This document shows positions 23,690-36,764 of a stretch of DNA of 64,000 bases, piece by piece; the stretch's first letter is position 1, and each line of letters begins with the position of its first letter. The stretch spans positions 151,468,001-151,532,000 of the forward strand of contig NC_086097.1 of NCBI RefSeq assembly GCF_963921235.1. The letters run 5' to 3'. Source of the stretch: Mobula hypostoma (lineage: Eukaryota). The position numbers and the translations under genes were made by a program. The notes beneath the pieces were generated by a model. The model was not told the DNA's origin. It did not search any database and saw nothing but the letters and a program-made list of their open reading frames with translations.

Positions 23690-26033
23690 CCCACAAGTGG
23701 GCACTATCATCCCATAGAGCTGTGAGAATTTCTAAGAGGGCAATAAAAGTAAAATGGAGGGGGAGCTGGGGGATAATAGTCTTAAATTAATAATTGAATT
23801 ATGTATTATAAGCATTTGATCCTCAGTGCCTCATAATTGATTACAATGATCGTGTAATCTCCTCTTGCTAACTCACTGTTCTCTTAGACCTTGCTTGAAG
23901 CATGCTATAGTTATTGAAAAGCAATGTGACACCTTCTGTATTTCGGTGCCGTGAGAAATTTGGACTGAAGAAATTGTGTTATTTCCAGGCCAGGCCTCCG
24001 CATTATTGCCATTCACTATAGTACAGTGTTAGCCACTACGATTCCCATACTCTAATCCTGTAGTGATGCAATTCCTGTTGTGTGAAAAGATGTTTTAAAA
24101 TAAGGCAATGAAACCATCCAGGCTCCTTGAACATTTGAAGAGAACGCTCTCTGATAAAGCAAATGAAAACTTGGATTTTTTTTCAGTCACTTTGTGAAAG
24201 TTGTCAGAAATGGAACACACTTCAAAACATGTTTACTGTGTTTTGAAATACTTTTCACAACAAAATGATGATGGTTTGTGTGCTTCATACTCATTGCTGA
24301 GTCTGGAAAGCCCCATACAATTGGAGAAGAACTGAATCTGACAGCAATAAGGGAGGTTCCAAGTACACTTTTGAAGTCACCAGACCAAATAATTAAAGTG
24401 ATTGCTCTCAGCGACACCTCTGTTCAAAGATGAATCGATGAGAATGTGGAGGACATATTGTGCAGAACACTTAGGATAACAGAATTTGCTGTTGAGATGG
24501 ATGAGTCAGTTTTGCCAGGCAACAACTCTTGCTTCAAGGTTATGTTTGCTTCATAAAAGATGAAAGCATGGTTCAAAAGTTGTTACTTGCAAGGGACTAG
24601 AAACAGATTCAAAGGGAGAGTCAATATTTAGGATTGTTGAGCATTTTTTCCAAAGAGAAGGACATTCCTCTCACCAACAGGCTTGCTTGTACAATAGACA
24701 GGGCACCATCAATGACCAGACACCACTGTGGGGTTAGTACTTTATTGATGAAAGCTGTATCTAACATATTTACCGTGTAATTCACAGACATCTTATTGCA
24801 GAAAACCCAAGTGATCAGCTGCACATATCATTAGAAGTTCATTTATTAAATACTGTTATCATAGCAGTAAATAACATCAACTCCATGATCTTAATTCCCA
24901 ACTATTTCAAGAGTTTTCTATCGAGAACGATGAACAGTTTGAATGCTTGCTGTTGCAGATAGAAGTCAGATGGCTCTCAAAAGGAAACTGCCTGAGACAC
25001 TTTTATGTGCTTTTTGAAGCTGTGATAAAATTCCTTGAAGACTCAAATGCTTTATTTATTAATCAGCTCAAGAATATTAGGCATGATATTAGTTATTTGT
25101 CAATATTTAAAGTTCAGTGAAATCAGTCTTCAATTTGAAGGAAATGATGTGAATCTTGTTAAAGCCAAATCTGTCATCTCTGCATTTCATTAAGTTAACC
25201 CTTTTGAAGTACAACAGTGGCCTTCGCAACCTTTCCAATTTCAGAGCCTCTTTGAATCGGAAAAGAAAGGCTACTAGAAAATGATCTTTGAGTATACTGT
25301 ACATACCTGGGTGAGCTGCATAAAGACATGTCAGAGAGATTTTAGCATCATCCCTCAATTCATATTCCACATTGGATGATATATCCATTCCTGAACATTT
25401 GTAATAAGGAATTAACAGGAAGGATTGAGGAAGAACTGATCTCATTACAAAATGACCTAGAGTTGAAGCTGAAGTTCAAAAATCATATTAAGACCTTTGG
25501 TTGCAAAAATAAATTTCTGAATGCTCTCCTACACTGTGGAGAAAGATCAAGATGTTCTTTTACTTTCCCAGCATCATATTTAGTGGTGTGCATTTTCAGT
25601 GCAGTTGTCCAATTTCTTTCAATGCAATGAAGCAGTCTGCAAATTACTGAACGTGAGGATCTGAGACTCTTAAGTGACATTTGACCTGATGTTGAGAAGC
25701 TGATATTGCTCCAACAAGCCCATCCATCTCATTGAAAGGTGAAAATCAATGAAGTAGTGATTAGTTAGACTAGGAATGTTTACTCTAAAATTGCTGATGA
25801 AAATTTTCTATTGAAATTAAATTTTTAAAACATTTCTAACTTTAAATAGATTTGAATAATTTCTGCAATTATTTGTCATTGCTTTGCATTTGCAGTTCCT
25901 ATTTTCTTTGTGCTTCTGAAATTAAAATTCTTTATAGTTTTTATGTAATGGCCAGAAAGAGAGAGGGGAGCACTGGAGTTGTGGTCTGAGAGCCAAGAGG
26001 CGGTAACCCAAAAAGAAAGTTTGGAAACCACTG
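23690..26033 (+). mobile_element. degraded hAT (Charlie/Buster-like) transposon with transposase pseudogene
   Basis: Remnants SGKPHTIGEEL, IALSDTSVQR, MDES, TDSKGESIF, TDRAPSM, EVRWLSKG; right TIR TTTGGAAACCACTG. Left end uncertain. Confidence 0.85.
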
Positions 26034-26322
26034 CTCCAGCTCATAATGGAAGTTGGAGGTGCAGCCCTTAACAATAGGTGTTGTGTTTCTGCCCAAGAGG
26101 AAATTGATAGAATTGTATTGGCAATTTCTTATAATTTACATATCATAATATGTAACTGACATGATTGGTTCCTGCAGATTAATAAGGTACAATAACGTAT
26201 CGGGAGCATTTGTTGGTCTCTAAGTATCAAACAGATGTTCTTGGATTTCTGTGATGAGTGTTTGATTTTTGTAACTTTAAACATAGCATTACAGCTCAGA
26301 TATTGAATGGAGTTAGGTAATG

Positions 26323-27884
26323 CAGGTTTCCCCTGCCATCCAAAGATAGAGCTTTCCTATGAAACGGTTCGTAAGCCGAAATGTCGTAAAGCGAAGAAGC
26401 GATTACCATTTATTTATATGGGAAAATTTTGTGAGCGTTCACAGACCCAAAAATAACCTACCAAATCATGCCAAATAACACATAAAACCTAAAATAACAG
26501 TAACACATAGTAAAAGCAGGAATGATATGATAAATACACAGCCTATATAAAGTAGAAATACTTTTCCACTATCATTACTGAACTGTTCTCCACAGTGAAA
26601 ATCTCACGCAAGCGCCGTCGACAGAAAATCTCACACAAGCACTGTTGGCAAGAACACTCTCTCCAGTAACCTTTAAGCTATGAAGCTGCCAAATCATACC
26701 AAATAACACGTAAAAATACACAGCCTATATAAAGTAGAAATAATGTATGTACAGTGTAGTATCACTTACGGGAATCGGGAAGATAGCTTGCCGAGCATAC
26801 TGATGATGGTGTGTTAGACTGAGTCATCGCAGGTTGGGTGGTGCAGTGGCCCCCACCCTCCAGGCCACCGAGCGATACGTTGCCGCGAAGCATGCAGGAA
26901 TGCAGCGGTAGCCAGGAGGTACACAGCACATCTTTAAGAAAAAAGCCGAAATAAACAAGCTAATTAATTAGGTGCCACCCGACATGTAATTATCGGCCCA
27001 GATTAGTGCCGATTTCCGATTGCGTCGTCTCTGATCTGGGCTGACAATTAGGTGTCGGCGGCACCTAATTAATTAGCATGTTTATTTCGGCTTTTTTCTT
27101 AAAGATGTGCTATATGTCTCCCGGCTACCGTTGCATTTTCCGTGAGTTGGTATCTGTCCGTGGCCTGTGGGTTGGGGTGGTGGGACACTGGGGTGTCATC
27201 TCGTCATCTGTTTCCATTAGAGCAGGCAGCTCATCTTCTTCTATCTCTGCTCGCCTCGACGTCGAAGGTCGAGGTTCGTCGTCTGCTGTGGCTGATGTGG
27301 AAGGCTTGCTTGACTGCTGAGCCTCGCGCATTTTTCTATCACACAGTTCTTTAGTAAGGACTCAAACCATCCTGCAAATATCTCCTAAACTGACGTACCC
27401 TTTCAAAATTAAAGTCATACTTTATCATTACTCATTCAGCTTTGATTGTTATCCTTTTTTCTTCCAATTGCATCAGCTCTTCATCTGTCAGTTCTTGGTG
27501 ATGGGATGCCAAAACCTCTTCAACATCATGTTCGTCAGCTTCCACAAGCCAAACTCACGTTGTCCTTACTTCGTTCACCACGATCAAAACGCTTAATTAC
27601 GTCTAGTTTTACCGTAAGTGTAACACCCTTATGAGCTCTTTCAGGCTTTTCCAATACCATAGAACTCATCTTGCAAACGGCTGCTCACAGGCACGTGTTA
27701 AAGCAAAGCAGTTCCGAATTCGGGGGACAGCGGCTGCTCGGGACGTGCGTTGCCTTTTATCGCGCGCTTTATTTTTTTTTTGTAACAGTGAAAACACCTT
27801 CTGAAAGCGAAAATGGTACTAATGTAGGTCTTTCGTAACAGTGAGGTTTCGTAAAGCGAACGTTCGAAAAGCGGGGGACACCTG
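26323..27884 (-). mobile_element. internally deleted Tigger-like DNA transposon
   Basis: Termini CAGGTTTCCCC / GGGGGACACCTG|TA; minus-strand transposase N-terminus KGVTLTVKLDVIKRFDRGER; acidic C-terminal remnant DDEPRPSTS. Confidence 0.85.
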
Positions 27885-28397
27885 TAACATTAATATTGTT
27901 CAATGGTGAGAAGAACTATTGTTTGAAATATTTAGAAGCAAAGAAATAGCATTGATATCAGGAAATGTAATGTGGAGAGCATTAGGGATATACAGTATGT
28001 GCTCCACATTGTTTAACGTTATTTCCAGTACACAAGTAAAGGAGAACAAAATAATTGTCACTTTGGATCTGGTGCAGTAGAAAATAATAACCCAGTAAGA
28101 TTAAGAACATAATAACAAAAAACACAAATATATATAAATACATAAGATTCTTGTATATACATTGATTGCATGTCCATAATGTGATGCTAGGCATAGGAGT
28201 GTCTGTACATAAGCTGACCCTGACAGGAAATGATAGTGATTGTAGGCAGTGTGACGAGGTAGGATAGTGGGTGGAGGTGTTGTTGATCAGCCTTACTGCT
28301 TGGGTAAAGTAATTTTTTGAATCCGATGACCTGACTTACAGAAATTACACCATGAAAATTCTGTTGTACTTACTGTAATTCTACAGACAACTTAAAG

Positions 28398-29150
28398 CAG
28401 GGATTCCCAACCTTTTGCACCGCGGACCAGTTTAATATTGACAATATTCTTGCGGACCAGCCGACCACGGGGGAGTTAAACTCACCTCAACATGTCTTTT
28501 ACATTTAGGGTTGCCAACTTTCTTACTCCCAAATAAGGGACAAAAGTAGCAGTCAGATCCCAGGACATTTTACCCCAGGAAAGACTACCATGACCATGAA
28601 GCCTTGTGCAGGCACCTGTGTGCGCATGCGTGTGCATATGTGACGTGCGCATGTGCGTACGTGCAGGTTTTTTTTCCACAAATCGGCTTTGCCTTAATCT
28701 TCCCAACTACACTGTAGATACATGATTTATACTTTATATAGGCTGTGTCTTTATCATTTCATTCCTGCTTTTACTATATTTTAGTGTTATTTTAGGTTTT
28801 ATGTGTTATTTGGTATGATTTGGTAGGTTTTTTTGGGTCTGGGAACGCTCAAAAATTTTTCCCATATAGATTAATGGTAATTGCTGCTTCGCTTCACGCC
28901 AGTTTGGCACGAAAGGTTTCATAGGAACACTCTACCTTAGCAGGGGAAATACAGGACAAGGGCGGTCCCTTAAGGGACAAACCAATTTAGCCCAATATAT
29001 GGGATGTCCCGGCAAATACGGGACAGTTGCCAACCCTATGTTCAAGTTCAACAGTGCGTGACAAGGAATGAGGAAAGGTGTAGCTGACTCGTATCGTTTC
29101 CTCGCAGCCCGGTAGCACATGCTCTGCGGCCCGGTGTTTGGGGACCTCTG
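28398..29150. mobile_element. composite hAT MITE
   Basis: TIRs CAGGGATTCCCAAC / TTTGGGGACCTCTG; 8-bp TSD ACTTAAAG/GCTTAAAG; inner TAGGGTTGCCAAC..GTTGCCAACCCTA unit at 28506-29038. Confidence 0.85.
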
Positions 29151-30879
29151 GCTTAAAGCATTTTTCATGTTGGTAATAATAATGTTTAATAGTATTCTTT
29201 CATGATTTGATATAATATATATTCCATTAGTTTTAATACAGGTAGAGCTAGGGTGATAATTTTTTCACTTCACTGAAGATTCTTAAGCAAGGATGTGTAG
29301 AGTGGTACAATATAAGTAGCTATAGAAAATGGAGTGATGGAATCTGACTAGAATTGTTATCCCCAGAATGCCATGTGTGCAATAAATTAAGTTTAATGCA
29401 GAGTGCCAATTTTAATGACTCTCTACCGCCTGGAGTTCAGCCGTGTATTCTGAATGCTAACGTGACTAAAGGAGGCAAAATAAAGGAACTCTTCCTCAAA
29501 ATATCTCTGAGCATTTGACAGACAGCGAAACTCTGCTCCCAGTTTTCTTGGCTATAAAAGTAGTTTTTTCAATAGTTTGTCCATATCTTTGTCATTCAGA
29601 AAATATTTACAAATTATTAAAATGGAATTAAAAATTAAAGGAATTTTAAATGTTTAGGTGAACAAATTATCTGTTTTTTCAATAACTAAAATATCAAAGC
29701 AAGCAGAATAACTTGTCCTCTTTGGCTTCCCAGTTGTAGACTCAGATCACTTGTCAAATGGAGCAAACTGATAAATGTGACCCATTTGACAGTTTGCATT
29801 GAAGCTTGGAACTTACTGCTATTTGAGCAACTAAATGCTGACAATTCTGTTCAAAACTCTTGATAATAGGCAGTGAGATCTTGCTAAGTGTCCTCTTCAG
29901 TGTTGTGTGAATGAATTGCAATGTTCATAAAATAAGCAAACATTTATTAGTGATTTTAGAATTAGCATGTATGATCTGGACAGAAGATCAATTTGTATCA
30001 AAAAGCAAAGTTCTTCTGCAAATTAATCTTTTTATTTATGAATGCAAATGCATTAAAAAAGTTCAAGTCGTCCACACATTTTCACCAGTATCATACAGAG
30101 ACATCAACAAAATGGTAGAGACTCTTTGTTTTCATCTGTTTATGCAAAAAAAAACAGTATTGAAGAAATATCCATTAGTAGTGCAAAACATGCAATTGTT
30201 ATAAATGTTCTGCAGGGCAAAAGTAAAATTAGGTGTATTAACTCTATGAAGATGCAGTGCATTTGGGAAATCTACATAATTTGAATCTAGCAGTGCCATC
30301 TGTTTAATAGCATAGTGCTGAATTCTCGGATATTTATAATCATCCATTCATGGTATTAACAGGTGCTGCAAAAAGCTGTCTGAGGACACAATGCTTATTT
30401 TGTATTTTAAAAAGGATGACAGGTATATGAGATCTTATTATCATTGGTTGTGTGGCTACCAATTTTACAATGTAATTCAATCAATTCAAGTCTTAAATAC
30501 TTGATATAATGTTTCATTCTTAATGAACAGTAAGTTCCGTTCAAGCTGTTCCAGTTTGTTCCACAAATCGCTAATAGATTGCGGTAGGCAGTTGCCTGTT
30601 CCAAACAACACTTAGTTTATTTTTAGGAAATCTGCATTATGAATTTGATCTGACTGCACATTTAGAAAAGAAAATTGATTATGCTTCTTCATGATACATG
30701 AGGATTCATGCAGAGAGAGCCGTTGACCATGTATGTTTCTGGTATTTTTCATCAAGCTGTGAGATAAAACAAATTAAAGTTTAAAGCATATATAGTTCAT
30801 TTTCCTGTTGTGATAACAAAAAAAACAATGTCTGGTAGACACAGTCAGATAAACCTATATGTTTTGAAGATTTCTTTCA

Positions 30880-32505
30880 ATAATTTGTCTAAATTGGATT
30901 GTATGTAGAAGTCGCAATGAGAGAGAGTGCGATAATTGACCAGGTATTAGAAAGTGAGACAGGGCAGGTGACAGAAGTTTCTGCAGAACACTTTGCTTCT
31001 AGTGATCACAGTACTGTACATATGCAAAAAGGTAGATCTGGTTTGCAGGTTATGATTCCAAATTGGAAAAAGGCCTATTTTGATGATGTCAGAACATTTC
31101 TGACAAATGTGGATTGGAACAGGCTGTTTCCTGGCAAAAGTGTACTTGATAAGTGGGAGGCTTTCAAAAGTGAAATTTTGTGAGTACAAAGCTTTTATGT
31201 GCCTGTCAGAATAAAAGGTAAAGATAACAGATTTAGGGAAACCTTGGTTTTCAAAAGATATTGAGGACCTGGTTAGAAAAAAAAATGCATGTCAGGTATA
31301 GGCAGGTAGGAACAAATGAGGTACTTATGGAGTATAAGAAATGCAAGAAAACACTTAAGAAAGAAATCAGGTGAGCTAAAAGAAGGTATTGCTCTAGCAG
31401 ACAAAGTGGGGAAGAATCCTAAGGGATTTTACAAATAGGTTAAGAGCAAAAGGATTGCAAGGGACAAAATTGGTCCTGTGCAATATCAGAGTGGTAACTC
31501 ATATGTGAAACCAAAAGAGATGGGGGCAGATCTTAAATTGTTTTTGCATCTGTATTTACTTGGTTGACAGTCTAGAAGTGAGGCAAAGCAGCATCAACTT
31601 CATGGACCCTGTACAGATTACAGAGGAGGAGGTGTTTGCTATCCTGAGGCAAATGAGGGTGGATAAATCACCAGGGCCTGACATGGTGTTCCCTCGGACC
31701 CTGTGGGAGGCAAGTGCAGAAATTGCTGGGGGCCTAGCAGAGATACTTAAATCATTGTGACAGGTGAGGTGCTGGGTGATTGGAGGATAGCCAGTGTTGT
31801 TCTGCTGTTTAAGATAGGCTGTAAGAGTAAACCAGGAAATTATAGGCCGGTGATCCTGACATCAGCAGTGGGAAAGTTATTGGAAGGTAGTCTGAGTGAC
31901 CAGATACATAAGTATTTGGATATACATGCAGTGATTCAGGATAGTAAACATGGCTTTATGCATGGTAGATCATGTCTAACCAAACTTAAGTGTTTTTCAA
32001 GGAAGTTACCAGGAGAGTTGATGAAAGCAAGGCAGTGAATGTTATCTACGTGCACTTTAACAAGACCTTTGACAAGATCCCACATGGGAGGTTGGGCAAG
32101 AAGGTAAAGTCATTTGACATTCAAGACGAGGTAGTTAATTGGATTAGACACTGGCTTTGTAGGAGAAGCCAGGGAGTGGTAGGCCTGTAAACACTTAGGG
32201 GTTTCTACTGATGTTGGATGGGACTACCACCAGAAGCCGTGGGTTATGGGTGAAAGGTGGCAAGTTTAAGGGGAACATGAAAGGAAACTTCATTCAGAGA
32301 GTCATGAGAGTGTGGAAGAAGCTGCCTGCACAAGTGGTACATGCAAGCTTGATGTCAGTTTAAGAGAAGTTTGGGGTAGGTACATAGATGGAAAGGCTGT
32401 GGTCCCTGTGCAGGTCTCTGGTAGTAGGAAGTCTATATGGTTTTGGCATGGACTAGATGGGCCGAGGGCCTGTTTCTGTGCTGTACTTTTTTGTATGAGT
32501 CTATG
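30880..32505 (+). mobile_element. degraded CR1 LINE ORF2 with internal deletion
   Basis: DKSPGPD, PGNYRPV, HGFMHGRSCLT, FDKIPHGRL, then 3' UTR. Confidence 0.9.
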
Positions 32506-33299
32506 AATTTTCTAAGGATTGTAAATTAAGTGATAAATCTCTTGAGAAGTTGTGTAAAATGTAGCTTTTAATTTTTGTGTCAAATAATACTGAAGAGCCA
32601 CTGCAATCAAATGTAGTGAATACTTATCTATAAACAGGATAAGATGTTTTAACCAAAGTATAAAAATGGGTGTTTTTTTTTAAGCAATGAATGATTTCAA
32701 TAAAAAGATGGTTCAAATAAAAAGCATGCCAACAGTTCTGATCTGAAGTTTATGGATTGGGAAGTCTCAAATTTATTTGGGTTTAGAAGGAAAATACAGA
32801 TAGTAGATGAAATTATTTGAAAGCAGGCTTGATTAATTTTGATTTTTCATATTCAGTATATTCTTCAGTATCGGGTGGTCATTCCTTTGTTACTATTAGA
32901 ACCACTGGAATCAGCATCAGCATTTGGGAATGGGAGAGATCTTAGAAAGTAGCAAGTGCGACAAATTGTGTAAACTAAATGTTGAGCAACATGAGTGTAC
33001 ATCTGACCTGTAGTATTGATTGCCATGGCAAAAATTGTGCATTATACAATGACTGTTTCTTCTAATTGTGATTCTATAGCATATAAAGCATTACCTACAT
33101 AAGATAGTAAGAATCCATTCTTTCTTTTTAAAGTACTTGTCCTGCCTGATTCTGGACGCAAAGACTATTTGCCCTCCCATATGTTCAGATTGTTGCAAAA
33201 TATTTTATAGCCAGTAGATATTTTTAAAACTTAATCATTAACATTTTATGTAAATAAATACAACTGCAATGTGTATAACACAAGTCCCATTCAAGCAAA

Positions 33300-34610
33300 T
33301 TAGACCAAAAGACCATAAGACATGGGAGCAGAATTGGGCCATTTGGCTCATTAGGAATACTTCACATTTGATCATGGCTGATTTATTTTCACCTCAACTT
33401 CATTTTCCTGTCTTCTCGTAACCTTTGGCACCTTTACTAATGAAGATCCTATTAACCTCTACTTTAAATATTCCTAGTGACTTGATATCCATGCCTTGTA
33501 TGGCAATAAATTCCACGGTTTCACCACCCACTGACTAAAGAAATTTCTCCCCATCTGTTTGAAAGGATGAACTTCTATTCAAAGGCTGTTCATCTGGTTC
33601 AAAACTCTATCTAGGCCTTTCAGTATTTGGAAGATTTCAGTGACATTTTGCCCTCATCCCACCCCCCCACCCCCCACCCGCATGCTTCTAAACTCCAGCA
33701 AGTACAGGCCCAGAGCCGTCAAACACTCCTCATACAGTAACCCTTTCATTCCTGGGATAATTTTCATAAACTTCCTGTGGACCCTCTCCAATGCCAGTAC
33801 ATCCACTGGGGCCCAAATCTGCTTATAGTACTCCAAATGTGGTCTGACTGATGCCTTATAAAGCATTACATTCTTACTTTTATATTCTAGTCCTCTTGAA
33901 ATGAATGTTAACATTGCATTTACCTTCCTTACTACTGATTCAACCTGCAAGCTAAGCATTAGGGAATCCTGCAGAATTCCCAAGTCCATTGCACCTCCAA
34001 TTTCTGAATTCACTCGCCATTAATAGACTACACCTTTACTCTTTATATAACTGCAATTGATTTATATCTTGTTCTGTATCATTTGCAAACTTACTAATGC
34101 ACCCATCTACATTTTCATCCAGGTCACTTATGTACTTCACAAACAACAGAAGTCACAGTACAGATTCCTGGAGAGCACCACTAATCACTGACCTCCAACT
34201 AAAATAAGTCCCTTCAAACACAACTTTCTGTTTTTCTTAGGCAAACCAGTTCTGAGTCCAAATGGCTTTTGAACATCATCGATCCCATCATCTTAATCTT
34301 CTAGATGAGCCTCCCATGAGGAACTTTGTCAGACGCCTTACTGAAATCCATGTAAACAATATCCACAGCTCTACTTTCATCAGTCACCCTTGTCACCTCA
34401 TCAAAAAGCTTAATCAAGTGAGTAAGACATGCCTTACCCCACACAAAGCCATGCTGGCTCTCTCTACTTTGACTAGGATTCTTGAAATGCTCATAAATAT
34501 TATTCCTAAGAATTCTCTCGAGTAACTTCTCTACCACTGTTGTGAGACTTATTGGTCTATAAATTCCAGGATCATCCTTGGTTCCCTTCTTGAATAATGG
34601 AATAACATTG
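33300..34610 (-). mobile_element. CR1 fragments
   Basis: LYKASVRPHLEY, QHGFVWGKACLTHL, YMDFSKASDKVPH; tail gaccataagacat. Confidence 0.85.
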
Positions 34611-36215
34611 AGCTGAGCAGTTCCAATTGTAAAGTTTTGCTAAAAGGGAAACAAAAGTTGAAGGTGAAATGACATTGAAATTTAGCATCTGGGCTAATGA
34701 CTATTTGATTTTGAAACAACAGCATTGAAAGTGAGTAAACTAATGCCATAGCCACAGGAAAAAAAAGTTCAAAACAAATCTTGAGACCTGTCCAGTCTTA
34801 CAGAAATCAATGTCTTTGGTCTAATGGAAAATACAATGGCCAGGATTTTGCAATTGTAATGATAGTAAAATGATCAGAATTTAACACAATAACATGGTAA
34901 AACAGCAACTTTTACAGTAAGTACGTGCACAGTTAAATGCAGAAATACGGAATTTATTCTGTTTTACTGTAAACAGAATCAATAAACTGAGAACAAGCGA
35001 TATTTATAAGCTAAAGCTCAGAATATATCAAAGTAAAGAATGAAAAATTATTACAAAGGCAAAAGATGAGTTTAAAAATATTCAATGCCTCCGACAGCAA
35101 TTTGTAACCTAAAAGAGACCTTATTCTTACTTCAGCACATTCTGTAAAACTGGTGAATTGTTGATCATTAAGGTGAGTGGTACTTACAATGTACCATATT
35201 TAACTTTCTGTGGTAAGTGCAATAGACAGTAATTATCCAGTGAAGCACTACTTAAAAGCGCAGTGAAAACAAGCACAAAATGCTGTTTGAACAAACCTTG
35301 AGATTTAGCATTGGACACTAGACAGCAACTTGTGACAATTCAGGATTACTTTCATTTAGACATTCAATTCTGTCTAATGACAGGAAGTGTGATGAGATGT
35401 ATCTGTAATATGCACATTGGAGTCACTTTATTGCAAACAAATTTGGTCAAATCTAGAAAATGTTTGAACTATGTGCATGACTTGAAATGCAGACATTCTA
35501 TACTAATGATTCTGGAGGCTAATATTTAGATTGTGATTACATTGCATCACGATTAGATCACAGATACCCAATGCCATGCAGCCACAATTTTCTGGTTATT
35601 TTCAGAATCTGTTTTTTCAAAGATTGTTGTTATGTAGATGTATAAAAGGGAAGTGGCAGATGTTACCACAATATGAGAAATCAAAAAGAGAATCAGGAAA
35701 TAACAGAGGATAGCTTGACTTCGTAGTCTGTCTCTGTACGAATAGCACTGATTTTGTGAATTCTGATCTCCTTATGTTTGGGACTGACATAACTAATGAA
35801 TCTGCATTGTTAGCAAGGTTAATTCCTAAGATGGTTATCTTTTGAGAAATCATTGAGTTTATTGGATTTTAGAAAAATGAGACAGTGTTGAGTGTGTTTG
35901 ATAGAGTAAATAGTCAGAGTAATGCAGCATAGAAACATGCCCTACAACCCAATTAGTCCAGGCCAAAAAAAAAGGTGTCTACATAAGCTTGTCCCATCTG
36001 TATGCATATGCCTAGTATCCCTCTCAACTTTTCTCATCCAAATGCCTTGCAAATGTTGTTGCATTTACCTCAGCTACTTCCTCTTGTCAACTCGTTCCAT
36101 ATTTGCACCACACTCTGTCTGAAGTTGCTCCTTGTGTCCCTTTTAAACCTTTCCAAGCTCACTTTAAACCTATGCCTTCTAATTTTTGTTCCCTTTCCCT
36201 GGGGGGGAAAGACTA

Positions 36216-36756
36216 CTCTCAGTGGTCCCTTTATTAGGTATATCTGTCAGCCTGCTTGATAATGCAGATATCTAATCAGCTAATTATGTGGCAGCAACTC
36301 AATGTATAAAAGCATGCAGACATGGTCAAAAGCTTCATTTTGTTGTTCAGACCAAACATCAGAATGGGGAAGAAATGTGATCTAAGTGACTTTGGCCACT
36401 GAATGATTGTTGGTACCAGACAGGGAGGTTTGAGTATCTCAGAAGCTGCTGATCTCCAAGGATTTTCATGCATTCCAGTGTCTCGAGCTTACAGAGTTTT
36501 TGGAAAAACAAAAAAAAAGCTGTCAATGAGCAGCAGTCAGCACTGTTGTTAATGAGGGAGTTCAATAGAGAATGGCCAGATTGGTTCAAGCTGGCAGCAA
36601 GACGACAGTAACTCAAATAACCATGTATTACAACAGTCGTTTGCAGAAGAGCATCTCTGAATGCACAGCACATTGAACCCGTGAAGTAGATGGGCTACAG
36701 AAATAGAAGACCACATCAGCTTTCACTCCTGTACTTAATAAAGTGGCCACTGAGTG
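36216..36756 (+). mobile_element. non-autonomous Tc1 element, copy 2
   Basis: Same TIRs and body as 14059-14592; TA flanks. Confidence 0.9.
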
Positions 36757-36764
36757 TATATTCA

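Noticed and set aside
24040..25740. Functional ZBED8/SCAND3-like gene
   Set aside because: Many stops and frameshifts, and a TIR is present; it is a transposon fossil.
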